This document shows, one piece after another, positions 1 to 11,975 of a stretch of 64,000 bases of DNA. The position numbers and the translations under genes were made by a program. The stretch spans positions 29,574,001 through 29,638,000 of the forward strand of contig NC_087245.1 in assembly GCF_037042905.1 (NCBI RefSeq). Direction: 5' to 3'. The stretch comes from Lytechinus pictus (Eukaryota). The notes under the pieces were generated by a model. It made no database searches. It worked only from the letters and a program-made list of their open reading frames with translations, and had not been told where the DNA came from. Every line of letters begins with the position of its first letter. Within the stretch, counting starts at the first letter, position 1.

Positions 1-329
1 AATTTTTCAAGATGGCATCTGGCGGCCATCTTGGATTTGACCTGAAGATGACCTTATAATGCAAAAATAATAATATAAATCGATTCTACACAACCCTTAA
101 CCCCTAAACTGAGTTATTGCTCATCATTTTGGGACAAGGGGTTCAAAACTTAGGTTTTCAAGATTGCATGTGGCGACCATTTTGGATTTATGCAAATTAG
201 CAAAATTGCCCAAAGTTGCCGTTTGGGCAACCAAGCTGAATTTGTTCTAGGACCCCATACGAACATGAATCAAGAAAAAAACTTCATCGGAAAGAACATT
301 TCTAGGTTCGGAAAATGTCAAATCGACTA
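1..329. mobile_element. Truncated end of an interspersed repeat with CAAGATGGC/GCCATCTTG motifs (Helentron/HINE-like)
   Basis: Two copies of a ttttcaagatggc...gccat(c/t)ttggattt unit (about 4-38 and 155-190). Such units are typical of satellite-bearing Helentron derivatives. The left end lies outside the window. Confidence 0.4.
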
Positions 330-482
330 TTATGACGTATATTGTTGGTGTGCAGATCATTTCAGAAAATTGACACGCGAGCCGATGCAGCGTGTAAACG
401 CGGTGCAAGATAAACCTAAAAGCCGATTCTGCATCAGCTTTTGGTTCTGAACCAAAAGCCAATCACATGTAAACACGGTATT
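330..482. mobile_element. End of a TIR MITE
   Basis: CpG-rich segment ending catgtaaacacgg, with repeated tgtaaac motifs and an internal palindrome gcttttggttctgaaccaaaagc. Confidence 0.35.
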
Positions 483-2859
483 AGTGAGCCGACAGCTACA
501 TGTACTTTTCAGCTGCTAGCTATTTATGAGCTTGCAGCACACTTAAAATAATTTCTGAATGGATAGTCAAATTTATAAATGTACTTTCAAGCCTTTTCTC
601 TTGAAATCACTGCTCACTGCAATAATATTACTTTTTAAACTTTTTCATGTTATTTTGGCAAGATGAACAAAGGATTATGTCAGAAATTGTAGATGAAACG
701 GAACCTCCCAATCACATCCTTACAACTTGACAAGCCAAATCATATTTCTTTATGATGAAAGTTTTCAAATACCGTTTATGTTTTCTCTGTTTTGTATGTG
801 GGACATCACAGTTTGCAGTGGTTCAAAGTTAGTATTGCAAGCATGATAAGCGGAAGTCAGACTGGACAGTGCAAGGAAACTAGCTATTTCCGCTCCAACT
901 GCCAAACCAATAGCAAAAACGAAATAGAAAACAAATCCAACTAATTCTCCTAACGGTTCTCACAAATCCATATATTCCTCCTCCCCCATATTCACTCTCA
1001 TCAAATACATTGCACGTCTTTGTTCTATCAAAGCGATACCTCCTTAATTAGTTCTATTTACATGTATAAATAAAACAACCATGCAGAATTACTGTGTAAG
1101 CATACTTATAAAAGGAAATGCACACTTCCTTCTTATGTATTCCGTTAAGTACAAAAATTACAAATTAACATCAAAAAGGAAATCCGGAAGTGACAACTCA
1201 ATGATTGAAAACCATCACAACAGAGATAATTGAAAATTTACAGCCCACTGAAAACTAAAATAAAAAACCTATCCACTTGAAGGCCTACAGTGTATCTACT
1301 GGCAAGTCAATTATTTACATAAATTTTGCCACTCTCCATACAGGGAGATTTAGTGGATAACCTCATGCTGCATGTTGGCTATATGAAGTATTATGAATAA
1401 TCTTTTTTTGTAAGAAATTTATCTTTTTTGTAAGAAATGCTTTTTTTAACAACTGTATTAAATTGTGATTTTTTTATCAGAAAAAAAGATGTACACTACA
1501 TGTAATAAAACAACACAATAACAAGTACTGCATCACATTCATGTCTATACATGTAGGCTATATATATGTGCATGGATGTACATGTAATAACAAGTTTCTA
1601 AAATTTTCAAGATTTTTTTTTTCTTGAGCACAATATTATTACTTCCCATCAGTGTTATATATCTCCTGCCTGGCAGTGCAGAGACAAATACTTATAGGCT
1701 TCCTGGGATTGAAACATATCTGAGGAAGTTCGTTCGCGGCTATGGATGAAAGTTAGCTATTTCCTTCTTTCTGTCTTAAGGGAATGTTTTTATTATGACC
1801 AACTGGTCATGCTAACTCACACAGCACACAAACAATTTTTTCTGCAGTTGGCTTCTTTTTTTATACAGTATACATAGAGATGATAGAGTAGTTTAAGAAC
1901 AAACTGTATCATTGGTTTATAAATTATCTTTTTTTTTACAATTTTACAAATTACAAATTTTTAGATATACATGTATATACACTGGGTACATGTATGCATG
2001 TATAATTGTTCTCCATGTATGGAAATCAATTTTGTTTTATTTTTAAATTCGGCCATTAAAAAGTAACCATTGTTTACCTTTTCAATAATTTAAGATTACA
2101 CTAGAAGATGCTTACAATTATTCTTAAGTACCGGTAATAAGGAGGACTTTCTTCCCCACTTTAAGGCCGATATGGCATAATGATTAAACAGTACAAAATA
2201 ATGAGAAAACATTATCTTCACTGATTTGGAATTATTTGTTAAAAAAGGAATTGTCAGATAACCTGCAATTCCCACATGTGCCTGGGCAAATTGTGCAAAC
2301 TTTTTTTTTTATAAAGATCATTCATTTTTATTGATTTGATGTTGAAATATTACAAGGGACCTATTCATAAGAAAATGTTTGTCCATTCAGACAGAGCAAA
2401 GAATTAGTTCAAAGCAGGCTGTATTACAGTGTGAAAAACCCCAATGGCACATTCACACATCATACTCTGCTTAGTGTTGAATTTAGAGAGTTTGGAACAC
2501 AATTAAAATCGTAAAAACACACATTGAATATTTTCCTGTTTACCAAAATTGCATGATTTTGTAACAATACAATTTGCTTTTTATGCAAAAAGGACTAACA
2601 ATCAAGCTGTGATTGACATGGAGCCAAAATATGAGACTGACTCACAAAATTCTGTGATGCTTAGCTGTGGTTGTTTCTGCATGTCTTTTATACGGGTCTC
2701 ATATACTCCATATATACATGTGTATTATTCAGCTGCCACTACACTTCAGTACAGAGAAGTGAGTGGCAGGCCATTCATTCGTTGAACACATAGGTACTAT
2801 CACACACAGCCATATGACCCATCTTCTAACGCTTCACCCCCCCCCCCCCCAAATAAAAA

Positions 2860-3017
2860 GATCTGAAAAAAGCTGAAGAGTGTTGAAAAAGTCTGAAATA
2901 GAAAGAGCTCCCATACTTTTTGTACAGAGGAAAGCCAAAAATAAGCTGAAATTAAGCTGAAAATCAAAAAAAAAAAAAAATCTGAAATCAGATAAAAATC
3001 TGAACTCTCACACCCCT
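2860..3017. mobile_element. Right half of an hAT-type MITE
   Basis: Repeated (a/t)(g/t)ctgaaa subterminal motifs ending in cacacccctg (CAG...CTG terminus). Confidence 0.4.
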
Positions 3018-3044
3018 GGATGACAGTTATATTACATCACTGAT

Positions 3045-3310
3045 GGGAGGTTTAACCTCTAACTTGGACTTTGAACCACAAGGTCAGAGATTCAAATCCC
3101 ACTGCAGTACCAGTAAGCATTCCTGAGGATAGGCCTTTATCTACATTTGCCACCCTCCATCCAGGTGTAGTAAATGGGTACCTGGGAGGAAGAAATTCCT
3201 TGAATGCTTGAGCGCCTAATCGCAGTAAAAAGCTGGGGAATAGTTACATGTACACAGCCCATCAAATTAAGCGCTATGGTGCAATCCTATCATTATAAGG
3301 AGCAATAAAC
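3045..3310 (+). mobile_element. tRNA-derived SINE, degenerate
   Basis: B-box-like gattcaaatccc, central core ccatccaggtgtagtaaatgggtacc shared with the copies at 32150, 33122 and 38905, and an aagcgcta tail. Confidence 0.7.
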
Positions 3311-4424
3311 AAGATTACTCATACTTCATAAAAGTGAAAGATTATGCCAAACCTATATTTCACATTATCATGTTTGTTTTATTTTCAAGTGTTGCATCAC
3401 ATTTAATCAAAACAAAGGGGGTGGTTGGCACTTGGCAATTCAGTATTTGAAATTAGACAAAGAAAAACATTGATTGTTGCTTTACACTTTTACAGGAAAT
3501 TTGCATCTCACTGGTCTGCAATGGCAATACAAACTTATACTTCATCCCCCCCCCCCCTCCATAAAAAAATAAAATTTATTAAATTTATTAAAAAAAATAA
3601 TAAATCAATGAATACATAAATAAAATAAATACAATGAATCAGAAGATATTTACAAGTACCTCTTGTTCATAACAATATTCAGTTCTGATTCACAATCACC
3701 TTGAAATGACGATAAAATACATATTATTCCCTTCTTTCCCCTCTTCAAAACAAAATAGTTGAGATTACAATGAGCAGTAATGACCATGAAAGAACAATTA
3801 ACGATGACGCGCAAATAGGTAGGATTTATATAGAGCAGAATTACACACTCATAACTACTATCCAGATGGCCTTCACTATCCACACAAATATTCCAAACAA
3901 ATATGTGGTTTTGAAATGTATCATAAAAACAACTTTAACAGGAAGTCACCACACTGCAGAGAGGAAACGAAGAAAAGTTGGCAGCAAACACATATGGATT
4001 GCCTGTATTTTGTTTCACAGAAATATAAGGATGAAAGTAATCAATTTTACCCCTTTTTAGATGATGTTCTTGGTTAATGGTTAAAGTAAATATGATTTGG
4101 TAATAAATGAAACATTGCAGACCTGTGGACTACAGGTACATCAAGGAGATGTACATGTACATCCCCAAAGAGCACATTAAGAATGAACTATTTCAAAGGA
4201 CATATGGTATGAATTGCTTGTATTTATATTTATCATGCATATTAGAAAACACCACAGAAATATACAAGTGGAAAAGATCATGTAACATCAATTACACTAC
4301 ATGTAAGTGAACATAGGATTGGGCACATACAATGTACGTGTACATCATAGTTTGTGATGATGCGCTTCAACACATACCATTTCTGAAAAAATAAATTTTG
4401 TCAGATTTTCTTTATCAACTTTAA

Positions 4425-5016
4425 AGGTAAAGTCCACCCCAGCAAAATGTTGATATGAATAAGTAGAGAAAAATAAAACTAGCATAACACTGATACTTTC
4501 ATCAAAATTGGATGTAAAATAAGAAAGTTATGGCATTTTAAAGTTTCGCTTATTTTTCACAAAACAGTGATATGCACAACTCAATGACATGCAAATGGGT
4601 CAGTTGATGATGTCCACCACAATTTCTTTTGTTTTTTATTGTTTGAATTATACAATATTTCATTTTTTACAGATTTGACCATAGGGACCGACTTGACTGA
4701 ACCATATACGCATTATACAATCCTAATTCCACATGTTCAAGGAGGAATTAATCACTGTTTCACTTGACAATGAGGAGAAAATGAGAATATTTCATATAAT
4801 AAAATACAAAAAAAATAGTGAGTGGATGACGTCATCAGTCTATTCATTTGCATACTGACCAGGATGTGCATATAACTGTTTTGTGAAATTAAGCGAAACT
4901 TTAAAATGTCATAACTTTCTTATTTTATATCCGATTTTGATGAATTTTTCAGTGTTATGCTTGTTGGATTTTTCTCATTTTATTCAAATCAATGTTTTTT
5001 GGGGTGGACTTGTGTT
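4425..5016. mobile_element. Kolobok/T2-type MITE with long TIRs
   Basis: TTAA at 4421-4424 and 5017-5020. Termini aggtaaagtccacccc / ggggtggacttgtgtt. Imperfect inverted arms of about 190 bp. Paralogue at 40776. Confidence 0.85.
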
Positions 5017-5456
5017 TTAATAACATACCAGTAACTGAAATAGTTTGTATATGAAAAGGGCACTTACAGCTACATGTGTAGCTGCTTTCCGCAATATAGT
5101 AATGAAAACATCAAAATTACACATGTATGGTTTCCTTTAAACAAGTTTTAATCTCTTAATTTTTTGGCATTTGGTTTTGTTGGTTTTGGTGTTGTGAAGC
5201 TGGGGAGCAAATTTCATAATGCCTATTCAATGCATCTAATGAATGGGAAACGAAAAAGGGGGAATAAATTGTAAATTCTGACTCTCAATTTCTAGAAACC
5301 AATATGAAGCAAATACATGTATTATTGATTAGATTTGTAAAATTGTCATATTACTCCTTTTTATTGCATATTATATGCAAATTACATTGTGAACTGGTGC
5401 TTTAATGTAGTCCATCACTCTCATCTCAATTGGAATCACTTTTAATCCCCACCATC

Positions 5457-5870
5457 GATTTATTTCCAATTCGTCCAATTGCCAACTCGTCTACTACCAT
5501 TTGGTTTATCTTCAGTTCGTCTACTCACCACATGGTCTATATGTACTTTCATTTAGTCTAATGCCATTCCGTCTAATAACCAGTTGGTCCAATAGCCATT
5601 TAGTCCATACCATTTGGTCTACATGTAATTAAACTAAAGTGTTAATTGTGCAAATTGAATGAAAAGAAAATGGGTATTAGACCAACTGAATACTTAATAG
5701 ACGAAATGGTAATAGACGAAATGGTGATTAGACGATATGATTGGACCGAATGGTTATTGGACCAAATGGTTGTTAGACGAAATGCTGATAGGCAGAATGG
5801 CATTAGACTAAATGAAGGTAGACCATGTGGTGAGTGGACGAGTTGGCAGTGGACGCATTGGCAATTTACC
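5457..5870 (+). mobile_element. Foldback-like MITE built from about 15-bp repeats (GG...CC ends, 8-bp TSD family)
   Basis: Left arm of cca(a/t)ttcgtcta-type units, right arm of tagacgaaatgg-type units. Homologous to 25212-25628 and 57479-57883. Flanks ccaccatc / cccccatc. Confidence 0.85.
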
Positions 5871-7105
5871 CCCCCCCCCCATCCCTCCCCCATTTCTATT
5901 CTATGAAATATTGATGCCTTCTTGATTTTTTTTCCTATCATGAGGAAATAATAAATTTATGAGCAGCGAAATTGTATCACATTTCAAAGTGAAGTTCTGA
6001 CACAAGTGTGTGCACTAAAGCAGGATATATGTTTGGCACCAATTATAATCCTCAACATATGACAATTATTTCTCACTTCTCAGGCTTTGAAATAGGAGGG
6101 ACAGTCCTTGCCATTCATTTGGTGACAAGCATTGTCTGAATAGCAGGGAATAATTTTCCTGGTATCGCATCGCAATTAGCTCCATATTCCTTCATGACTG
6201 CTATATTACATGTAGATACAAAGTTTCTTTTGTAAAGCAAGTTTTATCTATGAATTTACAGAACATAGTTAAAAACTTTTCTCTTACAACCAAAAATATG
6301 AATCAAACTAAAGAAGTAAAATTATACCATGGAAGAGTAAGATCAGCTTGACAGAATCATGGCAGAGCCAGGCACATGTATGCTCTTTGCAGTTTTTAGA
6401 GATCTTGCTTGATATGATATTAATACAGGTTTTGTGGCTGATGAATCTGTTCAAATTAGTATTATAAACACATCTTATTTTTAAAGATGGCTGATATGAC
6501 GATGGTTTCAGGATACAAATTGAAGTGAATAGTTAACTCCGATTGAGATGATGATTAAGTTGTTTTTCAAGAGATGCAGGTCTAACATTAACCATGTAAC
6601 ATTGCAAATGTATCAAAGAGTGGGTACTGTAACCGTGGAAAGTGGAAACCTTAATTGAGATTGGCTGCTGAGCACTGCTAACAAGGTAATACAATAATGG
6701 CAAAGTTACTATAGTTTTGTAACTCCTGCTGAAACAGGTCCCGGATGTATAGGCCTAGATATCAATGACACTCAAATTTCATAACCTTGGCATCAAAGTA
6801 ATTTTCATTGGAATGCTAGCAGAAAAAGAAAATCGAATCCTACAACTACAAATTTCCTTTTTAATATGACTTTCTACTTCTTGCAACATACAAGAGTGTA
6901 TACTATGATTCAAATCTGCTTTTACCAAGTTGATAAGTTTCAAAGCAAAACATGATTTATGTGTAAGATTATCAGTGTATATAAAGTGTGTAGACTGATT
7001 CTTGAATGAATCAGAAGATTCATATTTGCTGTGAGGTCACTCCTTTCTAAACATTTGCTCAAATTTTATAAATGTATTACGTTCTTCCAAAGCATCCAGG
7101 GTATC

Positions 7106-7268
7106 CTGGGGAGCGTTTCATGAAAGGACTTGTCGGACGTTTTATCCGACAAGTCCCATTTTATCCGACAGTTACCATAGTTACAGTATCTCTCAGCCAA
7201 TCAACATCAGAGAAAGATGTCAGATCTGACAACTTGTCGGATGAAAATGTTGATGAAACACTCCCCAG
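7106..7268. mobile_element. Short TIR element (163 bp), no evident TSD
   Basis: TIR ctggggagcgtttcat / atgaaacactccccag, with internal ttgtcgga/tccgacaa inverted motifs. Confidence 0.8.
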
Positions 7269-7418
7269 AACTACACAAGTTTCCCAGAATTTAACTCTAC
7301 TGCCACAATGGAGTTGACCTCTACTCAGAAACTGGGAAATAATAACTCGGTACCTTGGTTCTGACACCCTCACAAAACAAGATGATGCATCTTGCATTGT
7401 ACAAGAACCCCCCCCCCC

Positions 7419-7452
<34 letters not shown>

Positions 7453-7597
7453 TTTTTCCTTGAAAATCTGAAAAAACATTTTGTATATAATCTGCATGAG
7501 CTGATCTGCTCACCACCCCACCCCATTCCTTCAAAAATCAAATCAATAAAATGTCCATATAAAGAGTTTTCATACCCACTCAATTGCAGAAAAAAAC

Positions 7598-8080
7598 CTA
7601 GTATTTTCTGATAAGGAATTCTACTTACATCGGAAATATCAGATATTGTTTAATTGTTATATATTTTTTAAACATATTTATGTTAATATTGTTCCCTCCA
7701 GATTGGGCTACACTGTTAATGAAAGAATACTAAATAATTACTCAAATAGAAGCCTTCAGACCGAGTGGATAATACAAGAACTTGTTCAGGCCTCAAAATA
7801 TGAACCAGAACCAAAGTTTTGATGGAGTACACGTAGCAACCTAAATGGCCTACAAGGGCCAAGCGTACACACTGGATTGGACAAATTTCCATAAGTTGCT
7901 TTCACACTACAAGAAAACCCACAACTTTGGACAAATGCCTGATAAAATTTTCGCAATTTTGAAAATTATTATAATAACTCGCAGGATTTTCTTTTTCCAG
8001 GATATAGACTCACTTGAAAACTGAGAAACCTGGTATTCTTTGATTGATAAAAAAGTCTACCACTATCAGAGAATACCAGG
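7598..8080. mobile_element. Degenerate members of the ttcagaccg Harbinger-like MITE family
   Basis: Segments ttcagaccg, tttcacact..aa and gtattttctgat..g..atcag match the elements at 27514, 46570 and 50284. Confidence 0.45.
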
Positions 8081-8795
8081 CCCCAACATATGAGAAGTCA
8101 CGACAAACAAACTCAATTGTGATTGATCTGAAATTGCTTATAGGGCTGAGTCAAAACGTTTCAAACACTGTTCAAATGACTGTTAAAAGCAAAAACATTT
8201 ACTAATTTGGCCAGATAGATTTATAGATCTAGGGCCATGGATTTAAAGATCTATGCAAAATAAGAAATATAAGCAACTTTTGGTGAAGGTTTTTTTTACA
8301 TCATAAAACGATCTTTCAGAGTCAAGGAAGAGGTGAATATTTTTCATTTTCTTGATAGTTTTCAACTAAATCTGAGTATGGAAAATAGATGGCAATTTCA
8401 TGGATTTAAAGATGCAAAATATAAAATTTAGCACCTTTTGTGGGGAAGGTTCTCTTTTTTTACCCTCTCTGGTTAACAAACCGCCTGTTTATCAATTGCG
8501 TTTAAACATTTTTCAAAATAAACGTGATGACTCGGGCCTAATTAATTTAAGAGATATGAACTTCATCAATCCCACATTGATTTTTGTTTGAATCTATCGC
8601 AACTCTCTACAACACGGTGCCCTGGTATCCCCAAAGTGAAGATCCCTGCCAGTTATCAGATACTTAAATTTCAAAATTACGAGGCCATTTCCAGGATTTA
8701 TTCAAGAATACCTTCAGGTACAGGCTTTAAATATATACAAGAGCTGGCTCATGGCCGTGCCGATAGGAATGCATAGATCATAATGGAATACTCAC

Positions 8796-8912
8796 CAATT
8801 TATTCTGGCCACAACATAGTGAAAACGAGGGATGCACTCAGCTTCCCCGATTATACAACAGGACTCCGGACTCCACTCACGGCAATCTGGGGTTATGGAA
8901 AAGAATCTAGGA
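8796..8912 (-). other. Candidate exon (117 nt; alternative acceptors give 111 or 91 nt)
   Basis: Minus strand acceptors ttcctcag| (AG at 8913-8914), cctag| and ccccag|. Donor TG|GTGAGTAT at 8795. One open frame (PRFFSITPDCREWSPESCCIIGEAECIPRFHYVVARINW), but no recognisable protein. Confidence 0.45.
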
Positions 8913-8914
8913 CT

Positions 8915-9647
8915 GAGGAAAAAGAAGTGTGGGATGGAGACAAGAAGGGGGATGGGAGAGGAGGGGGTTGGAAGAGACAAGGGGAGGAATATCGGAGGCA
9001 AGGGCAAAGGATCGATGGGAGACGTATTGGTGAAAAGGAATAGAAGATGAGGTACAGGACAGGAAATACAAAGAGAGAGAGAGGAAATGTGAGATGGGGA
9101 ATAGGAGGCAGTAGAAGATGGGATGAAGAAACAAGGTGATGATGAGGATGGGAGGGGGGCAAGACGAATAAGGATGGACAGATGAACAAATGGAAAAGAC
9201 AGAGGATGAAAAAATATGGTGATGGGTGAGAAAAGAACAATTAGGACATGAGGAAAGGAAAGATGATAGGATAGGAGAAGGTGGGAAAGAGATGCCAATG
9301 GAAGGGAGGAAGGAACATGGGAAGAAATGAGAAAAATAGTAGTGGCAATAGGATGGAAGAATTGGAAAAACAAATTTAAAAAGAGGAAAGAGACAGGGGG
9401 TGGGTAATGGAGGGTGAAGAATAGCAATGTCGAAGGGAATAACAAAAAAAAAGAAAAGAAAAATTGAAGAGTTTGCAAAGGAATTTTAGATGGAAAGAGT
9501 GGGGGCAGTTATTATGTAAAGTGTGGGGGTTTGGGGGTATTTTGTTGGTTAGGTGGGATTAGTTTGGAGGGTTAAAGAAAGGTAAAAGAAAGAAGGGAAG
9601 CAAAAAACACGAAATAGATTAATATCAAGATCCAATTGCATATTACA
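8915..9647 (-). repeat. Non-periodic purine-rich (+) / pyrimidine-rich (-) tract with no AG on the minus strand
   Basis: No CT dinucleotide on the plus strand between 8915 and 9647. This tract produces the spurious F/S/L/P-rich ORFs in the track. Confidence 0.9.
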
Positions 9648-10065
9648 CTAAAACATGATAAAGAATCCCAAGCTTCGACCCTTGATGAATTCAATACCAT
9701 TCCTGGCCTTGACATCTAACTGCTGCAGCAACACTCAAGTCAAGAGCTAGCTGCATACACTACTGGCACAGGGCAAACAAATCCCAAATAACTCACAATG
9801 TAGGAGGCCTTGCAAAGTCAGATTCCCCCTCAAAGTCCAAAACATACTATATATTACCCTGCAATCATGCAATATAACAAGAACTCTAGTGCACATAATC
9901 ATGATTATAAATGATTGTTCCACTTGCAGCACTGGGCTGTATCATTTCAACACACAGATAAACCCAAAGATAAAAAAGATTAATAGATATGAGCATGGAA
10001 ATGGATATGTAGCGTCAAGCACAGCACTATATACTACCAGCTGAACAGCGAGAATATATGCTTAC

Positions 10066-10330
10066 AGTATATTCACAATATATCTTCCAAGTTGAAAACA
10101 TAGACTTGAGCTGAGAATTATTCCTTGAGAGTCCACACTGCTTGCAGTGAAACGGTAACAACAGATTAGGCAGGATAATTCCACATTAAGAGCATGTTCT
10201 ATAGAAATGCAGTACTGAAGAAGTGCTGTCCGTGAAGGAGTCAATTATTTTTTTAATAGGGACCGAAAAGAACAAGCCACCTCCACAGCAATAGTGTGTT
10301 GTAAATGATAGGCAATGTATACACACAACA
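10066..10330 (-). other. Candidate upstream (first or 5'UTR) exon; 5' boundary uncertain
   Basis: Donor ACT|GTAAGC at 10065. Short ATG frame MFSTWKIYCEYT (10101-10066). Unique, repeat-free sequence. Confidence 0.3.
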
Positions 10331-10820
10331 CGGCTGGGCTGAAGGAGCACGGTTTTCTGGCTGTGCTGGCTGAGCTGGGCTGGCAAACGCTCAATTCTAT
10401 GAACGCTTCCCCTATATGAGTGTACAGCACGGCGTAAACACAAAAAGAGCATAGCATAATGTCTGCTTATGCTGTGTGTGTTGGTGTGTGTGTGAGGAGG
10501 CGCTGTGTGTTCTTATGTTGGCCATAGTTCGGGGGCAATAGAACTCCCTGTGTTAGATTTATTTAGTGTGTGTGCCCTGTATTTTCTTGGCCTACTCAAT
10601 ATGGGGTAGCCAGCCAGCCAGCCAGCCATGCACGCTTCGATAAGCTTGCTCGGGTTCTGCTGCAATGCCAATCCTCACTTTGCGGGCACAACAGTTCTGT
10701 TTCGAACCTTGTACATCTGTAATGTCATGGATTCTGGTTCCCCCATAAACGTGTTTGAACATGGGGAGCCAGCAAGAGAGAGATAAAAACATTCTTGGCC
10801 GTTTCACTCACTCACCCTGT
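10330..10820. promoter_or_regulatory. GC-elevated unique island, possible promoter or enhancer
   Basis: Repeat-free with higher GC and CpG, (GT)n and (GCCA)n runs, and a Fox-type GTAAACA at 10434. Adjacent to the candidate exon. Confidence 0.3.
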
Positions 10821-11033
10821 CCCTGGTAATGAGTAATGGGTCAACCGGTTCTCAGTGTTTCTAATTAGAAACATCCACAAAATAAATCTAGAATGACACA
10901 GACATCACACCATAAACTTAGTTATACTATAAATTCAATAGCAGTTGGTCAATAATTTGAACAGTAAGTCATAAATCTTGCCTGTCTGTCAGGATCAAAC
11001 CAGAGAATATCTAATATGGTCTCAAAATTCTAA

Positions 11034-11346
11034 GGCCCATATTCTGAAGTCGGGTTTAACTTAAACTCTGGTTTTAAAGTGTGGTTTAAGTATGGATAGC
11101 CAATTGTTACATAAATCACTAACAGTAGAGATATCATATTTCAGCTCATTTGGCTCTTAAATCATTCATAATTGTCTAGGAAGTATAAATAGATGATTGT
11201 CTTCACTATCGATGAATCAGGAAAGAGCACAGTAAACATAAGAAACATACAACTTTAAATACAAATGTTGACACTTTTGGCTTCCCATAATTTTAGCAGA
11301 GAGTTTGACTATGGTCTAAGTTAAACCTGACTTTAGAATATGGGCC
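11034..11346. mobile_element. TIR MITE (ggcccatattctgaag family)
   Basis: TIR of about 33 bp: ggcccatattctgaagtcgggtttaacttaaac / gtctaagttaaacctgactttagaatatgggcc. Degenerate copies at 42108 and about 47510-47760. Confidence 0.85.
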
Positions 11347-11380
11347 AAAGGGTCTCTATCTGTGTTTCTGCAACTTACAG

Positions 11381-11975
11381 AGGTCCAGGCTAAAAATAAT
11401 TATACCTAAATTAGATAGAGAATAATTAATCAAGCAAAACACAAAAAAACTATCAAAATCTGATAACAAATTACAAACTTTTTAATGTCAAAATTTAGCA
11501 AGTTTGTGAAAACAGTTACCGGTATGTGCATGCATGTCTTCATGAATATTCATTAGATTGGCTGATGATGTCTAGTCCCCACTTTTCATTATCTTTTGTT
11601 ATTACATGAAATCGTAATCATTTCATATTTTCATACAGGTGTGTATGAGCTCCGCTGTAACAAAGTAGTCATCTAATTTTGTTCTTTCTTATTTCTTGGA
11701 CAAAATTTGAATTAGCATAATTTCATCTAATAAAATGCAAAAAAAAAGTAAAAGGGGATTTAACATCATCAGCTTGCTCATTGCATATATTCAAGAATAC
11801 CTGCACAGAAACCAAATTAGTGCAAAACTTCAACATTTCATAACTTTGTTATTCCTTGTCTGATTTTGATGAAATTTTATTGATAAAGTGTTTGTTTTGT
11901 TGTTGGTTTTTTGTATGAATTTTTCTTTATCTGTTCAAATCATATTATTTTCAGCCTGGAGATCTGGACCACTTA
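11381..11975. mobile_element. Older Kolobok/T2-type MITE related to 4425-5016
   Basis: Ends gtccaggctaaaaataat / attattttcagcctgga. Internal catcaaaat, aaaacagtta and ataacttt motifs are collinear with the 4425 element. Confidence 0.6.

Noticed and set aside
8792-9478. 228-aa ORF, the longest in the track
   Set aside because: Produced by the pyrimidine tract, which lacks stop codons. F/S/L/P low complexity with no domain.
10066-10101. Resemblance of MFSTWKIYCEYT to dystrophin-type short first exons
   Set aside because: Similarity is superficial, the intron phase differs, and no downstream coding exon is visible.
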